A stretch of DNA of 64,000 nucleotides from the human T2T-CHM13v2.0 reference genome, Homo sapiens, in the NCBI RefSeq assembly GCF_009914755.1, contig NC_060927.1; one strand, 5' to 3'. A program made the translations under genes and the position numbers. The first letter of the stretch is position 1; every line of letters begins with the position of its first letter. Under the pieces are notes generated by a model, which worked only from the letters and a program-made list of their open reading frames with translations, ran no database searches and was not told the DNA's origin. Shown here piece by piece: positions 29,652 to 41,416 of this stretch.

Positions 29652-30101
29652 GACGTTAGTTTCCAAGGCTGTTGTAACAGATTACCACAAGCTGGGTGGT
29701 TTACAACAGAAGTGTATTCTCTCACTATCCCGGATGTGAAAAAAATCTCAAATCAAGTATCTCCAGGGCAACACACCTTCCAAAGGCCCTAGAGGAGAAT
29801 CTTTCCTTACTTCTTCCACCTTCTGGTGGCTCCAGGTATGCCTTGGCCTGTGGCTGCATAATTCCAATTTCTGCCTGCATTTTCACATGCCGGTCTCCTC
29901 TTCATCTATTATCGTTCTGTATTTTTCTTATAGAGACACTTGTCATTGAATTTAGGACCCACTTGGATAATCCAGAATGATCTCATATACAGCTTCTTAA
30001 TTACATCTGCAAATAACTTTTTTTCAAATAATGTCATATTCACGTGTTCCAGGGATTAGGATATGGACATATTTTGGGAAGACCCCATTCAATCCATTAC
30101 A
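29652..30101 (-). mobile_element. MLT1B/C solo LTR
   Basis: 'ttagtttccaaggctgttgtaacagattaccacaagctgggtgg...ccattcaatccattaca'. Confidence 0.85.
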
Positions 30102-31403
30102 ATATAGATGTATGTTAAATTAGAGAAATAAGATAAAATAAAACAGGGACTCTGCACAGACCCACTTGTCAAAATATGGTGCCATGAACCTAGCAGTATG
30201 CTAAACTCAATTCTAGGTAATTAAGATTTGAAGGGGAAAATTTTAAGGCAAAACAGTATATATAGATCTGTATTATTCCTGTCAAGCCTAACACAGAGAG
30301 GCTTCAAAATAGTGCATTTTACAACAGTAGACAAAAAAATAATATCTGAGAGATCGGATCTTCTTAATCTGGAAATCAGTAAGCTCTTTAAAGTCTTGAA
30401 TACAAACATAATTTTGAATTCTCCATGAGGAAAACAGGTTATCCACCCTGATTTGGGAAATGCTCAAAATGAATATAATCTACAAAAAAGATTTTAGATT
30501 AACATTTGGCAGTTATTAAGCTACCAACTCCCAGGCAATTCCACCCCACACCACCGTCCCCAACCTCCAACCCTTCTAAATTCTGCTTTGTGATGCTGGA
30601 GATCTCACACTACATTTCTCCTTTGGTCTTTGCTAAATAACTGGTGTGGCCTCTGTCTGCACGACAGGATACTGAATGGATGATTAATTAATAGTTCTTT
30701 TATTTATTTGTTCAACAAACATGACTTGAGGCCTTCTGCATGTTTGTAACATCATAGCCACTATAACACAAAGATGAAAACAATAGTCCAGGAACTGAAA
30801 GTCTCCTGGAAGCCTACTGAGAGGCTGAGTGAAATGCTACTGCCCTTTCTCTCACAATAACAAACGTAAAAGACCCAAGATGTTCCTTTTTATCCCTTCA
30901 ATTATTTTCCTTCTATTTCAAAATAGTCTGCAAAACCTGTTTTGTTTTTCAAAATACTGACTAACATATGCTATTAACTACAATTGTACTCTGATCTTTA
31001 CCTGTGTTTCTTTAGTTGACATTTAAGCCTTTACTTTAAACCTAAAGGTTCAATTTGTTAGCTCATTTATCATCTGTTTTTTTTTTTCTTACTAGATGAA
31101 AAACAATTCTACTAAGTGCCCACAGATACCTTTGGAAGGGCCAACCCTGTATATCTCCAACTCTGCCGTCAAACTTTCCCAAAGATATGGAAATGGATGC
31201 CACAATCAATCACAGGGTTGAAACCAGTGCTTCAGAAGTAAATCTAGTTTTCAAACTGTTACTTCTGAAACTATGGACTCTTGCTGGAAGTTAGGTCAGT
31301 GTCAATTATTCTTATTCCCAAATTGGGCACATTTTAGAAACTCTCAATTAATAAGAGGTAATGCTGAGACAATGTCACAGAAATAACTTGTGTTCACTTA
31401 TTT

Positions 31404-31717
31404 ATTTAAAATTTTTTTCAACTTTTAATTTAGATTCAGGGGGTGCATGTTTGTTCAGGTTTCTTACATAGGTATATTGTAACATGCCGAGGTTTGGAGT
31501 ATGAATGATCTCATCAACCAGGCACTGAGCATAGTACCTAATGGCTTCAATCCTTGCCCCACTCTCTCCCTCCCGTTCAGTAGTTTCTAGTTTCTATTGT
31601 TGCCATCTTTATATCTCCGAGTACCCAATGCTGAATTTGATTTGCTAGTATTTTTTTGAGAGTTTTGGTGTCTATGTTAATAAGAGATACTGGTCTGTAG
31701 TTGTCTTTTTTTGTTAC
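31404..31717 (-). mobile_element. Short L1 (L1PB/old L1PA-like): 3' end fused to a mid-ORF2 piece
   Basis: L1 3' end 'aacttttaatttagattcagggggtgcatg...gtacccaatg' joined to ORF2 'gatttgctagtattttt...ctggtctgtagtt'; 14-bp TSD gt(g/a)ttcacttattt. Confidence 0.85.
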
Positions 31718-32916
31718 GTATTCACTTATTTTAAGGGCAGTAGGATATCTTCAAATTAACTGTAGAATAAAAACAACATAAGGGAGAGGCAGAGCTTCCA
31801 GAATGACAGAATAAGGAGCTCAGTGGAGACTGTCCCTAGCAAAACAATTTAACTGGTAAAGATTATATTTTTAAAAAATGATTTGAATCTGGAAATTGTC
31901 TTAAGGGAATACATCAAATGGAGAAACATTTATTTATGAAATTCACTAAATCTTGTTAAAAATAATGAGTTTGTGCCACTTACATCATGATTCACTCTCC
32001 TATAGCCCTCCCCACCCAGCTCTATTACAGATCTTTCCCTCAGACACTCTACTCCAGGCAGGTAGAATCCAGAAGTAGGTGGATTACTTCAGCCACTAAA
32101 CAAACAAATGACTAAGCAAACAAAACAACTAGTCCTGGGAGAATCAGTATACAGAGATGCCACAATATGTTATCTAAAATGTCTAAAATGTTCAGTTTTC
32201 AACTAAAAATGTTAAGACATGTAAAGATAAAAAATATATCCCATACACAGAGGGGAAAAGACAGGCAATAAAAGCTACCTTTGAAGAAGTCCAGATAGTA
32301 AACTTACCAGCCAAAGACTTTAAAGAAACCATGATATAGATGTTCAAAAAACTAAATGAAATCATGCTTAAAAAAGTAAAAAAGCTATTATGACAGCGTT
32401 TCATCAAATAAGGAAGATTCATAAAAATTATCTAAAAAGAGGAAGACAGAAAAATACATCTCCCTCCCCCAACCAAAAAAAATGACTGGAGGGGCTTAGT
32501 ACATATGAATTGGCAAAACAAAAAAATTTAGGAAACTTGAAGATAGATCAATAGAGATTATGTCATCTAAAGAACAGAGAGAAAGAAATATGAAAAAAGA
32601 AGATGATTGGAGTCTCAAAGAAATAATGGATGCCATATAAACAAACCAACATATGTATAATGTGTGGGACAGGAGAGAGAAAGGAAAAAAATTTCAAAGA
32701 AATAAAGACTGGAATTTTTCAAAATTTGATTGAAAAAAAAAAAAACACTAACCTACACATTCAAAAAGCTTAATAAATTCCTAGTAGAGAAAATGCAGAG
32801 ATTCACATCTAGATACTCCATATTTATAATGTTGAAAGTCAAAGTTAAAGCAAATGTCTTGAAAGCAGTAAGATAAAAATGACTCACTGCATAAAAGAGG
32901 AATCTCAATAAGAATA

Positions 32917-33281
32917 TAATACAATTCGGATTTGTGTCCCCACCCATAGCTCATGCTGAATTGGAGGAAGGTCCTGATGGGAGGTAACTGGATTAAAACG
33001 GAAGACTTACCCCTTGCTGTTCTCATGATAGTGAGTTCTCATGAGATCTGATGGTTTAAAAGTGTGCAGAACTTCCCTGTCTGTTCCGTCTTTCTCTCCT
33101 GCTCCACCTTGGTAAGTGCTTGCTTTCCCGTCACTCTTCTGACATGATTGTAAGTTTCCTGAGGCCTCCCAGCCATGCTTTCTGTTAAGCCTGCAGAACT
33201 GTGAGTCACTTAAATCTGTTTTCTTCATAAATCATCCAGTCTCAAGTAGTTCTTTATAGCAGTTAAGAATGGACCAATACA
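32917..33281 (+). repeat. 5' LTR of the MST provirus
   Basis: 'gatttgtgtccccaccca...ggaccaataca'. Confidence 0.9.
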
Positions 33282-34913
33282 GAAAATTGGTACCAGTAAA
33301 GAGGACACTGCTATAAAGGTACCTGAAAATGTACAAGTGACTTTGGAACTGGGTAACAGGCAGAGGCTGGAACAGTTTGGAGGCATGAGAAGAAGACAGG
33401 AAGATGTGGGGAAGTTCAGAACTTCCTAGAGACTTGTTGAATGGTTTTGACCAAAATGCTGATAGTCATATGGATAATTTAGTCCAGGCTGAGGTGCTCA
33501 GATGGAGATGAGGAGCTTACTGGGAACTGGAGTGAAGGTCACTCTTGGTACACTTTGGCAAAGAAACTGGCAGCATTGTGCCCCTGCCATAGAGATCTGT
33601 GGAACTTTGAACTTGAGAGAGATGATTTAGTGTACTTGGCAGAAAAAAAATTTCTAAGCAGCAAAGCATTCAAGATGTGACCTGGCTGTTTCTAAAACTG
33701 TATGCTGATATGTGTGAAGAAAGAGATATCTGAAATTGGAACTTATATTTAAAAGGGAAGCAGAGCATAAAAGTTTGGAAAATTTGTAGCCTGATCATGC
33801 AGTAGAAAATAAAAACCCATTTTCTGGGGAGAAATTCAAGCCAGCTGCAGTAATTTGCATAAGTAAAGAGGAACCAAATGTTAATGACCAAGACAATGGG
33901 GAAAATGTCTCCAGGACATTTCAGAGACCTTCACAGCAACTCCTCCCATCACAGGCCCAGAGGCCTAGGAGGGAAAAATGGATTTGTGGGCTAGGCCTGG
34001 GGCTCAGCTGCTCTGTGCAGTCTCAGGTCATGGAGCCCTGTGTTCCAGCCCCAGCCATGCCTAAAAGGAGCCAAGGTACAACTTGGGCTGTGGCTTCATG
34101 AGGTGCACGCTCCAAGATTTGGTGGCTTTCACCTGATGTTGGTCCTGTGGGTACACAGAAGGCAAGAGTTGAGGTTTGGGAACCTCTGCCTAGATTTCAA
34201 AGGATGTATGCAAATGCTTGGATGTTCAGGCAGAAGTCTACTGCAGGGGTGGAGCCTTCACAGAGAGCCTCTACTAGGGCAGTACAGAGGGCAAATCTGG
34301 GATTGGAGCCCCCATACAGAGTCCCCACTGGGGCACTGCCTAGAAGAGTTGTGAGAAGAGGGCCACCATCCTCCAAACCCTAGAATGGTAGATCCACCAA
34401 CAGCTTGCACTGTTGCACCATGCACCTGGAAAAGCCACAGGCACTCCATGCCAGCCTGTGAAAACAGTTGTGGGGATGGTACCCTGCATATCCACAGAGG
34501 TGAAGCTCCCCAACGCCTTGGGAGCTCACCACTTTCATCAGCATTCCCTGGATCTAAGATACGGAGTCAAAGGAGATTATTTTGGAGCTTTAAGATTTAA
34601 TGACTGCCCTGCTGGGTTTTGGACTTTTGAACTTGCATGGGACCTGTAGCTCCTCAGTTTGTGCCAATTTCTACCATTTGGAATGGGAGTATTTACCCAG
34701 TGCCTGTACTCCCATTGTATCTTGGGAGTAAATAACTTGATTTTTGTTTTACAGGCTCATAGGCAGAAGGGACTGCCTTGTCTCAGGCGAGACTTTGGAT
34801 GTAGACCTTTGAGTTAATACTGAAATGAGTTAAGACCTAGAGACTGTTGAGAAGAGATATTTGTATTTTGCAATAAAAGAAAGGCATGAGATTTGGCAGG
34901 GGACAGGGAGGAA

Positions 34914-35290
34914 TTATGTGGTTTGGATTTGTGTCCCTTCCCAAATCTCATGTCAAATTGGAGGAGGGGTCTGGTGGGAGGTGATTGAATCATGGGGGCA
35001 GATTTCTCCTTTGCTGTTCTCACGATAGTGAGTTCTCATGACATCTGATGGTTTAAAAGTATGTGGCATTCCCCACTTCACTCTCTTTCTCTCTCTCTCT
35101 CTCCTGCCACACCATGGTAAGGCATGCTTGCTTCCCCTTCACCCTTTTAACAAGATTGTAAGTTTCTTGAGGCTTCCCAGCCATGCTTCCTTTTAAACCT
35201 GCAGAACTGTCAGTCAATTAGACCTCTTTTCTTCATAAATTACCCAGTCTCAGGTAGTTCTTTACAGCAATATGAAAATGGACTCATAGA
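34914..35290 (+). repeat. 3' LTR of the MST provirus
   Basis: 'ggtttggatttgtgtccc...ggactcataga'. Confidence 0.9.
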
Positions 35291-36753
35291 GAACATAAGC
35301 TAACTTCTCATCAGAAACAATGAAAATGATGCCAAACAATGAAAACTCAAATCTACATAAAGAAATGAAGGGAACCACAGAGGGTAAATAAGATTAATAT
35401 TAACAAAAAGAAAGTGGAGGGAAAGAATCTGTAAAAGAGTAAAGTTTCTCTATTTAAATGGAACTAAGTCAATGTAAATATTAAGTAGATTGCAATATGT
35501 TAAAAATGTCTATTATAAACCCTAGTGCAACCACTAAGAAAATAACTCAACAAAGTATAAAGAATCATTAATAGGAATTATGATATTATACTATAAAATA
35601 TGAACTTAATATAAAAGAAGATAGTTCTCAAATCACTAATCTAATCATCCCCCTTAATTTGAGAAAAAAAGAACTAAACCCAAAGCTAGTAGAAGGGAGA
35701 CAATAATACAGAACATGTATATATTAAATAGAGAATAGAAAAAAATCAATAAAACCAAAGCTTTTTTCTTTGAAAAGGTCAACAAAATTGACTAATCTTT
35801 AACTAGATTGACAAAGATAGAGAGAGAAAAGATTCAAGTAACTACATTGAGAATGAAAAAAGATATGTTAATTACTATTAAGCTTATAGAAACAAAAATT
35901 ATATATACAGTATACTATAAAAAATTTGTCAGCTAATTAGATAACCTATAAGAAATAGACAAATTTCTAGAAATATGCAAATAACCAATACTGACTCAAG
36001 AAGAAATAGAACATATGGATAGACATATAAGTAAAAAGATTGAATTAGAAATCAAAACACTTTCCACCCAAAAAATGTCAGGACCAGCTGACATCACTGA
36101 ACAATTCTACTAAATGTTTGAAGAAGGCTTCATACTAACTCTTCACAATCTCTTCCAAAATTAAAAGGGAAGGGAACACTTCCAACGGATTCTATGAGAT
36201 ACCATAGAATTCTCTAGAATTCATAGAATCGTAGAATTTATTCTATGATACCAAGTTTGTCATGGTAATATATAAAAAATACATTATCTTGATTTAAAAA
36301 TCACAAGGAAAGAAAACTGTAGATCGATATTCTTTATAAGTATCGATAAAAAATGCTATCAACAAAATGCTATCAAACCAAACCTTGCAACATATCAAAA
36401 CCGTGTATATACCATGATCAAGTGGCACTTTATTCCAGGAGTGCAAGTTTGGTTTAGCATTTCAATAAATTAATGTAACATACCATGTTAATAGAATGTA
36501 CGAGAAAAATAACATAATTATCTCAACAGATGTAGAAAAAACGTTTAGCAAAACTCAACAATTCTTTCATAATAGCAATCTCAACAAACTAGAAATAGAA
36601 GGAACACCTTCAGCTTTATGAAGCTCATCAACCAAAAACTCACTGCAAACATCATACTTATTGGTAAAAAGCTGAATGCTTTGCCCTAAAAATCAGTAGC
36701 AAGAATGTCCACTATTGGTACTTCAACAATTGTACTAAAAGTTCTCGTCAGAA

Positions 36754-36998
36754 CAGTCGCACAATCTTGGCTCACTGCAACCTCTGCCTCTCAAGTTCAA
36801 GTGATTCTCCTGCCTCAGCCTCCCAAGTAGCTGGGATTACAGGCTCCTGCCATCATGCCCAGCTAATTTTTACATTTTTTGTAGAGGCAGGGTTTCACCA
36901 TGTTGGCCAGGCTGGTATCAAACTCCTGACCTCAAGTGATTCATCCACCTTGGCCTCCCAAAGTGCTGGGATTATAGGCATGAACCACCACACCTAGC
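36754..36998 (-). mobile_element. AluS, 3'-truncated (no tail), antisense inside L1 ORF2
   Basis: 'cagtcgcacaatcttggctcactgcaacc...atgaaccaccacacctagc'. Confidence 0.9.
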
Positions 36999-38044
36999 AA
37001 AAAAAAAAGGTATTCATATTGGAAGAAGTAAAATTATCTTAATTATTTCTAATTTTGGATAATAATTTTGTATATCGAAAATCCTTAGATGTAGAAAGAA
37101 TAATCCATTTTTTAAAATTGAAATAAATAAGTTTGGCAAGGTTTCAGGATTCAAGAACAACATACAAAAATGAATTGTATATCTATATAATAGCAATTAA
37201 CATTTTGAAATACGAAGTTAGAAAAACAATTACATTTACAATAGTATCAAAAAGAATACAAAAGTAAAGCTTCAAATAAAATTAACAAAATAAGTTTAAT
37301 GCTTTTATGTGGAAAACCACAAAACATTTCTGAAAGACCTAAATAAATTGAAAGTCATCTAATATTAAAGATTCAGAAGATTCAATATTGTTAAGGTGGC
37401 AATACTACCCAAATTGATCTATAAATTCACCACAATCCCTGTAAACATCCAAGTTGGATTACTGTTTAGAAATTGATAAGCTGATCCTAAAATTTACATG
37501 GAAATACATGAGACTCCAAATAGCCAAAACAATGTTGAAATAGAAAAAAAAAACCTGGAGGACTGCAAAACTTACTATAAAGGTACAGTAATCAAGATTC
37601 TGTAGTACTGGCATAAGAATAGACACACACATCAGTGGAATAGAATTGAGAGTACAGATGTAGACAGACCCTTACATCATATATGACCAACTGGTTATTG
37701 ACAAGAGTTTGGTGACAAACAGGGAAAAAAATAGCCTTCTCAATAAATGGTACTAGAAAAATTTGATATTCATATGAAAAGAAAATCTAAAGTTGGATGC
37801 TCTCACTCTGTATAATAAAAATTAACTCAAAATGAATCACAAACCTAAATTAAGAGCTAAAATTATAAAATTCTTACAACATAACAATAAATGTTTATGA
37901 CCTCGGGTTAGGTATTGGTTGGTTAGCTACAACAGCAAAAGTACAAGCAACAAAAGAAAAAAGTAGATTAAATCTCCTTGGCCAAAACTAAAAACTTTTG
38001 TGCTTCAAAAGACACCACCAGGAAAGTGAAAAGGCAATCCACAA

Positions 38045-38420
38045 GGTTATGGACTGAATATTTGTGTTTCCCCAAAATCCATATATTGAAACCTAATTCC
38101 CCAATGTCATAATATTTGAGGGTGAGGCTTTGGGGAGGTAATTAGGTCTTGAAGTAAGTAATGAGGGTAGAGCCCTCATGAATGGGATTAGTGTTCTTAT
38201 AAGAAGAGACACAAGAAAGATAATTTCTCTTTCTCTCTCTCTCTGTCTTCCATGTGAGGATTCAACAAGAAGGCACCCCCTACAAACCAGGAAAACAGCC
38301 CTCACAAGCCCCTTGATCTTGGACTTCCCAGCCTCCAGAATTGTAAAAAAAATAAATGATTGGTTTTTTAAGCCACCAAGTCTATGGTATTTGTTATAAC
38401 AGCCCTGGCTGACTAAGACA
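38045..38420 (+). mobile_element. MLT1A/A0 solo LTR inserted in the L1
   Basis: 'gttatggactgaatatttgtg...gactaagaca'; TSD cacaa/cacag within L1 'aggcaatccaca|gaataggagaaaat'. Confidence 0.9.
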
Positions 38421-39337
38421 CACAGAATAGGAGAAAATGTTTGCAAATCATATCTGATACGCAACTTGGGTCCAGAATAAAGAACTCTGACAACTGAATA
38501 GTAAAATAACAAATTTTAAAATGGGCAGAGAATGTGCATAGACATGTCTCCAAAGAAGATATGCAAATAGCCAATAGGCACATGAAAAGATGCTCAACAT
38601 CATTGGCTATCAGTTAAATAAAAATAAAAGCCATGATAATACCATTTCACACCCACTAGGATAGATATAGTAAAAAAGACATAACTGCTGGCAAGCATGT
38701 GAAAAAACTGAAACCCTCATATACTGATGGTGGGACTGTAAAATGGTGCCAATGCTTTGATAAACTGAATGGCAATTTATCAATACTGAAAATAGAGCTA
38801 TGATATGACCCAGAAATTACACTCCTAGGATTCCCAAGAGCAATAAGAACATACATCCACTCAAAATTAAGAAATAGAATGTAACATATCCACACAATGA
38901 AATATTTTTAGGCAATAAGAATGGAGTAGCAATATATGCTACAACATGAATGCGCCTTGAAAATATCATGGTATGTGAGAGAAGCCAGTTATAAAAGACC
39001 ACATATTGTATGATTCCATTTCTATGAAATGTTTATAATAGGCAAATCTGTAGAATTAGAAAGTAGATTCATGGTTATTTGGGGCCAGAAGTGGGGTGGT
39101 GTTGGGGAAAATTAGAAATGACTGCTAACAGGCACAGCATTTCTCTCTGAGGGAGCAAAAGTGCTCTAAAAGTATAATGTGGGGTTGTACAACTGTGTGA
39201 GTGTAGGAAAAAGTACTCAATTGTATTCTTTAAATGGATTAATTATAATTTATATCAATTACTTCTTAAATAGATCTATTATGAAAAATAATAGAACATT
39301 CCGCTGGAAATCATTTTGGCCTACTTGAGTTCAATGT

Positions 39338-39601
39338 ATTCATTTAAGTTTGGGGAAAACTGAGACTGGCAAGTCACGTAACATGTCTGAAGTCACACAG
39401 CTAGAAATGAGTAAAGCTGGGAATGGAATCCAACTAATAAAAATGGTAATTATATTTACTGAGATACCATTAGATATCTGCACTACTTGTGCCTCCTGAG
39501 ACACTCCTCCACAATTATTGGAGGCCTCCCACTATCTCTGCCTTTGGAACTACCTCCAGGATCTGCACTCCTGAACCTATTTCCTAATCTCACCAAGCTG
39601 G
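39338..39601 (+). repeat. Left arm (donor copy) of a perfect 264-bp inverted repeat; begins with a MIR fragment (about 39338-39432)
   Basis: Exact reverse complement of 41499-41762 by manual base-by-base comparison. Confidence 0.97.
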
Positions 39602-40072
39602 ACTGCTAGTCCTTTGCTCAAAGTCAGTTATTGCCCCTCTGCCTTTCCTTTTGGGTTTCTTATTATCTGTTTTCTTCCCAAGCCCATATTTACCTGGCAT
39701 CTTACAAGCCTCAGCTTTCCCTTTGTTCTACATTTCACAGCTTTCCAGGATCAAGTCCTTGCTCTTCAGTGGTACCAGTGCCACCCCTGGAATCCCACCC
39801 TTGGTCAGAGCTCATAATAGAGTTCAGACATTATGAGCTAAGTACCAGGTTGTCTTGTTTTTAGAAAAAAGTCTATAAGGCAAGTATCTTCTGGCCATTT
39901 TGGAGAATGTTGAAGTTTAGAAAGACTAAATAATTTGCCAAGGGTCATTTTGACAGAAAATGGTAGAGCAGGGAAATGACCTGTCTGATTCTGTTCTCCT
40001 TTCTCCTGTGCAGACAACCTGGAGGTCTTATGCTCCCGTTTATTGTTTTTACTATATTCATGGGTTATAGGA

Positions 40073-40563
40073 TCTGATAGTTTTCTGTTGCTGCTATAAC
40101 AAATTATCCACTAACATACAGGTTTAACACAACATAAATTTGTTATCTTACAGTTCTGTGTCTCAGAAATCTGATGCAAATCCCACTGGGCCAAATCAAG
40201 TGTCGCCAAAGCTGCATTCCTTCTCTAGGTCTAAAGAAGAATCCATTTCCTTGCCTTTTTAGCTTTTAGAGGCTGCATGCATTCCTTGGCTTACAGTACC
40301 TTTCCATCTTCAAAGCCAGTCATAGCTAGTCAAGCCTTTCTCAAATTTCATTCCTCTGACATTGGTTCCTTTTCTGCCTCCCTCCCCTTAATAGATTAAA
40401 GACCTATTAGATTATATTGAGCACACATGGATAATCCAGATTAATATCTCTCTATTAAAGTCAGCTGATTAGCAAGCGTGTCCCTTGTTGCTGTGTAAGG
40501 TAACATATTCACAGGTTTGATAAATAAGGGACATCTTTGGGGGCCATTATCCTGCCCATTATG
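40073..40563 (-). mobile_element. MLT1D/E-like solo LTR (inside the inverted-repeat spacer)
   Basis: 'gttttctgttgctgctataacaaatta...aagtcagctgattagcaa...gggccattatcctgccc'. Confidence 0.8.
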
Positions 40564-41416
40564 TAGGATGAGAATGGCTCTTCACTAGAACAGTGTAGTA
40601 ATCTCAAGTATCCTTCCCCAGCCCTCCTTATTTTACCATTCCATACCCTAACTATTTCCTTCATCCTCCATTAGGATCTGCCCTTTGACACATCTAATGG
40701 ATTGCTTCATGTCCAAACATTTTTCTCATTCATCCTTGCATCACAATTCATGTTGTCTTCCTCATTCATTTGGATTTCCACATATCCCTGGCTCAATGGA
40801 TAGTCTAAGTTGAACTCAAACGTTTATGTTGGATAATAGTATAATAAATTACTCCTACAACAAAATGCTGATATTTTAATATGGCCCCTACCCCATGCTT
40901 TATTGCAAAAGAAGTAGAGTCAATCCTTCAGGGATTCTCTGGATATACTTGGAAAGCTCAGGTTTCAAATCAGATCTAAGTTTTGTTTAAATCTGCCAGA
41001 GTGCTCAGGGGCTGTATCAGTTAAGGTTTTTGTTGTGGTTTCAAGTGACAGAATTGAATTTGATAGTCATTTTCATGCTGTGGCCAAGCAAAAGAAAAAA
41101 TTAATTTTAAAAAATACAATAATTAGAGTTGAAATAGAGCAAAATAAGAAAAGAAAGAAGTATAGAAGGATCTTGTTAAGACATTTCTATTAGAAAAAAA
41201 CTTGAAAATGTCAGAGTTTTTTTGTTTGTTTTGTTTTATTTTTTATGTTACTCCCCTCAAGAGAAAGACTATCAAAGTAATTAGCTGGCCAAGTTTAGCT
41301 TCCTGTCTTTCCTTGGCTCTACTATGGCAACGAAGGAAAAGATCTGGCAAGGAATAAACTAATGGATTGTAGGACATTTCTTTAGTTTCATTTGTGAGAA
41401 AATAGGGATTAAAGGC

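Larger units (their letters stand above)
32917..35290 (+). mobile_element. Complete MaLR provirus, MSTA/THE1D-like (LTR-int-LTR)
   Basis: 5' LTR 32917-33281, internal starting 'gaaaattggtaccag', PPT 'ggggacagggaggaa', 3' LTR 34914-35290, TSD gaata/gaaca; host L1 resumes on both sides. Confidence 0.92.
31785..39290 (+). mobile_element. Long, old L1M (L1MB-type 3' end) with 5'UTR, ORF1 and ORF2 remnants; hosts MST provirus, Alu and MLT1A
   Basis: ORF1-like 'gaacttgaagatagatcaatagagatt', ORF2-like 'accatgatcaagtgg...ccaggagtgcaag', 'aagacaccacc...gcaatccaca', L1MB 3'UTR 'ataggcaaatctgtagaattagaaagtagattcatggtt'. Confidence 0.85.

Noticed and set aside
23762-30101. Two same-strand MLT1B/C LTRs as ends of one provirus
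   Set aside because: They are 5.5 kb apart with no MaLR internal sequence or shared TSD; independent solo LTRs.
33670-34649. Cluster of ORFs in the MST internal region
   Set aside because: Fragments of the degenerate MaLR internal sequence with stops and frameshifts; no intact gag-like ORF.
38093-38512. 139-aa minus-strand ORF
   Set aside because: Antisense to the L1 and MLT1A; repeat-derived chance ORF.
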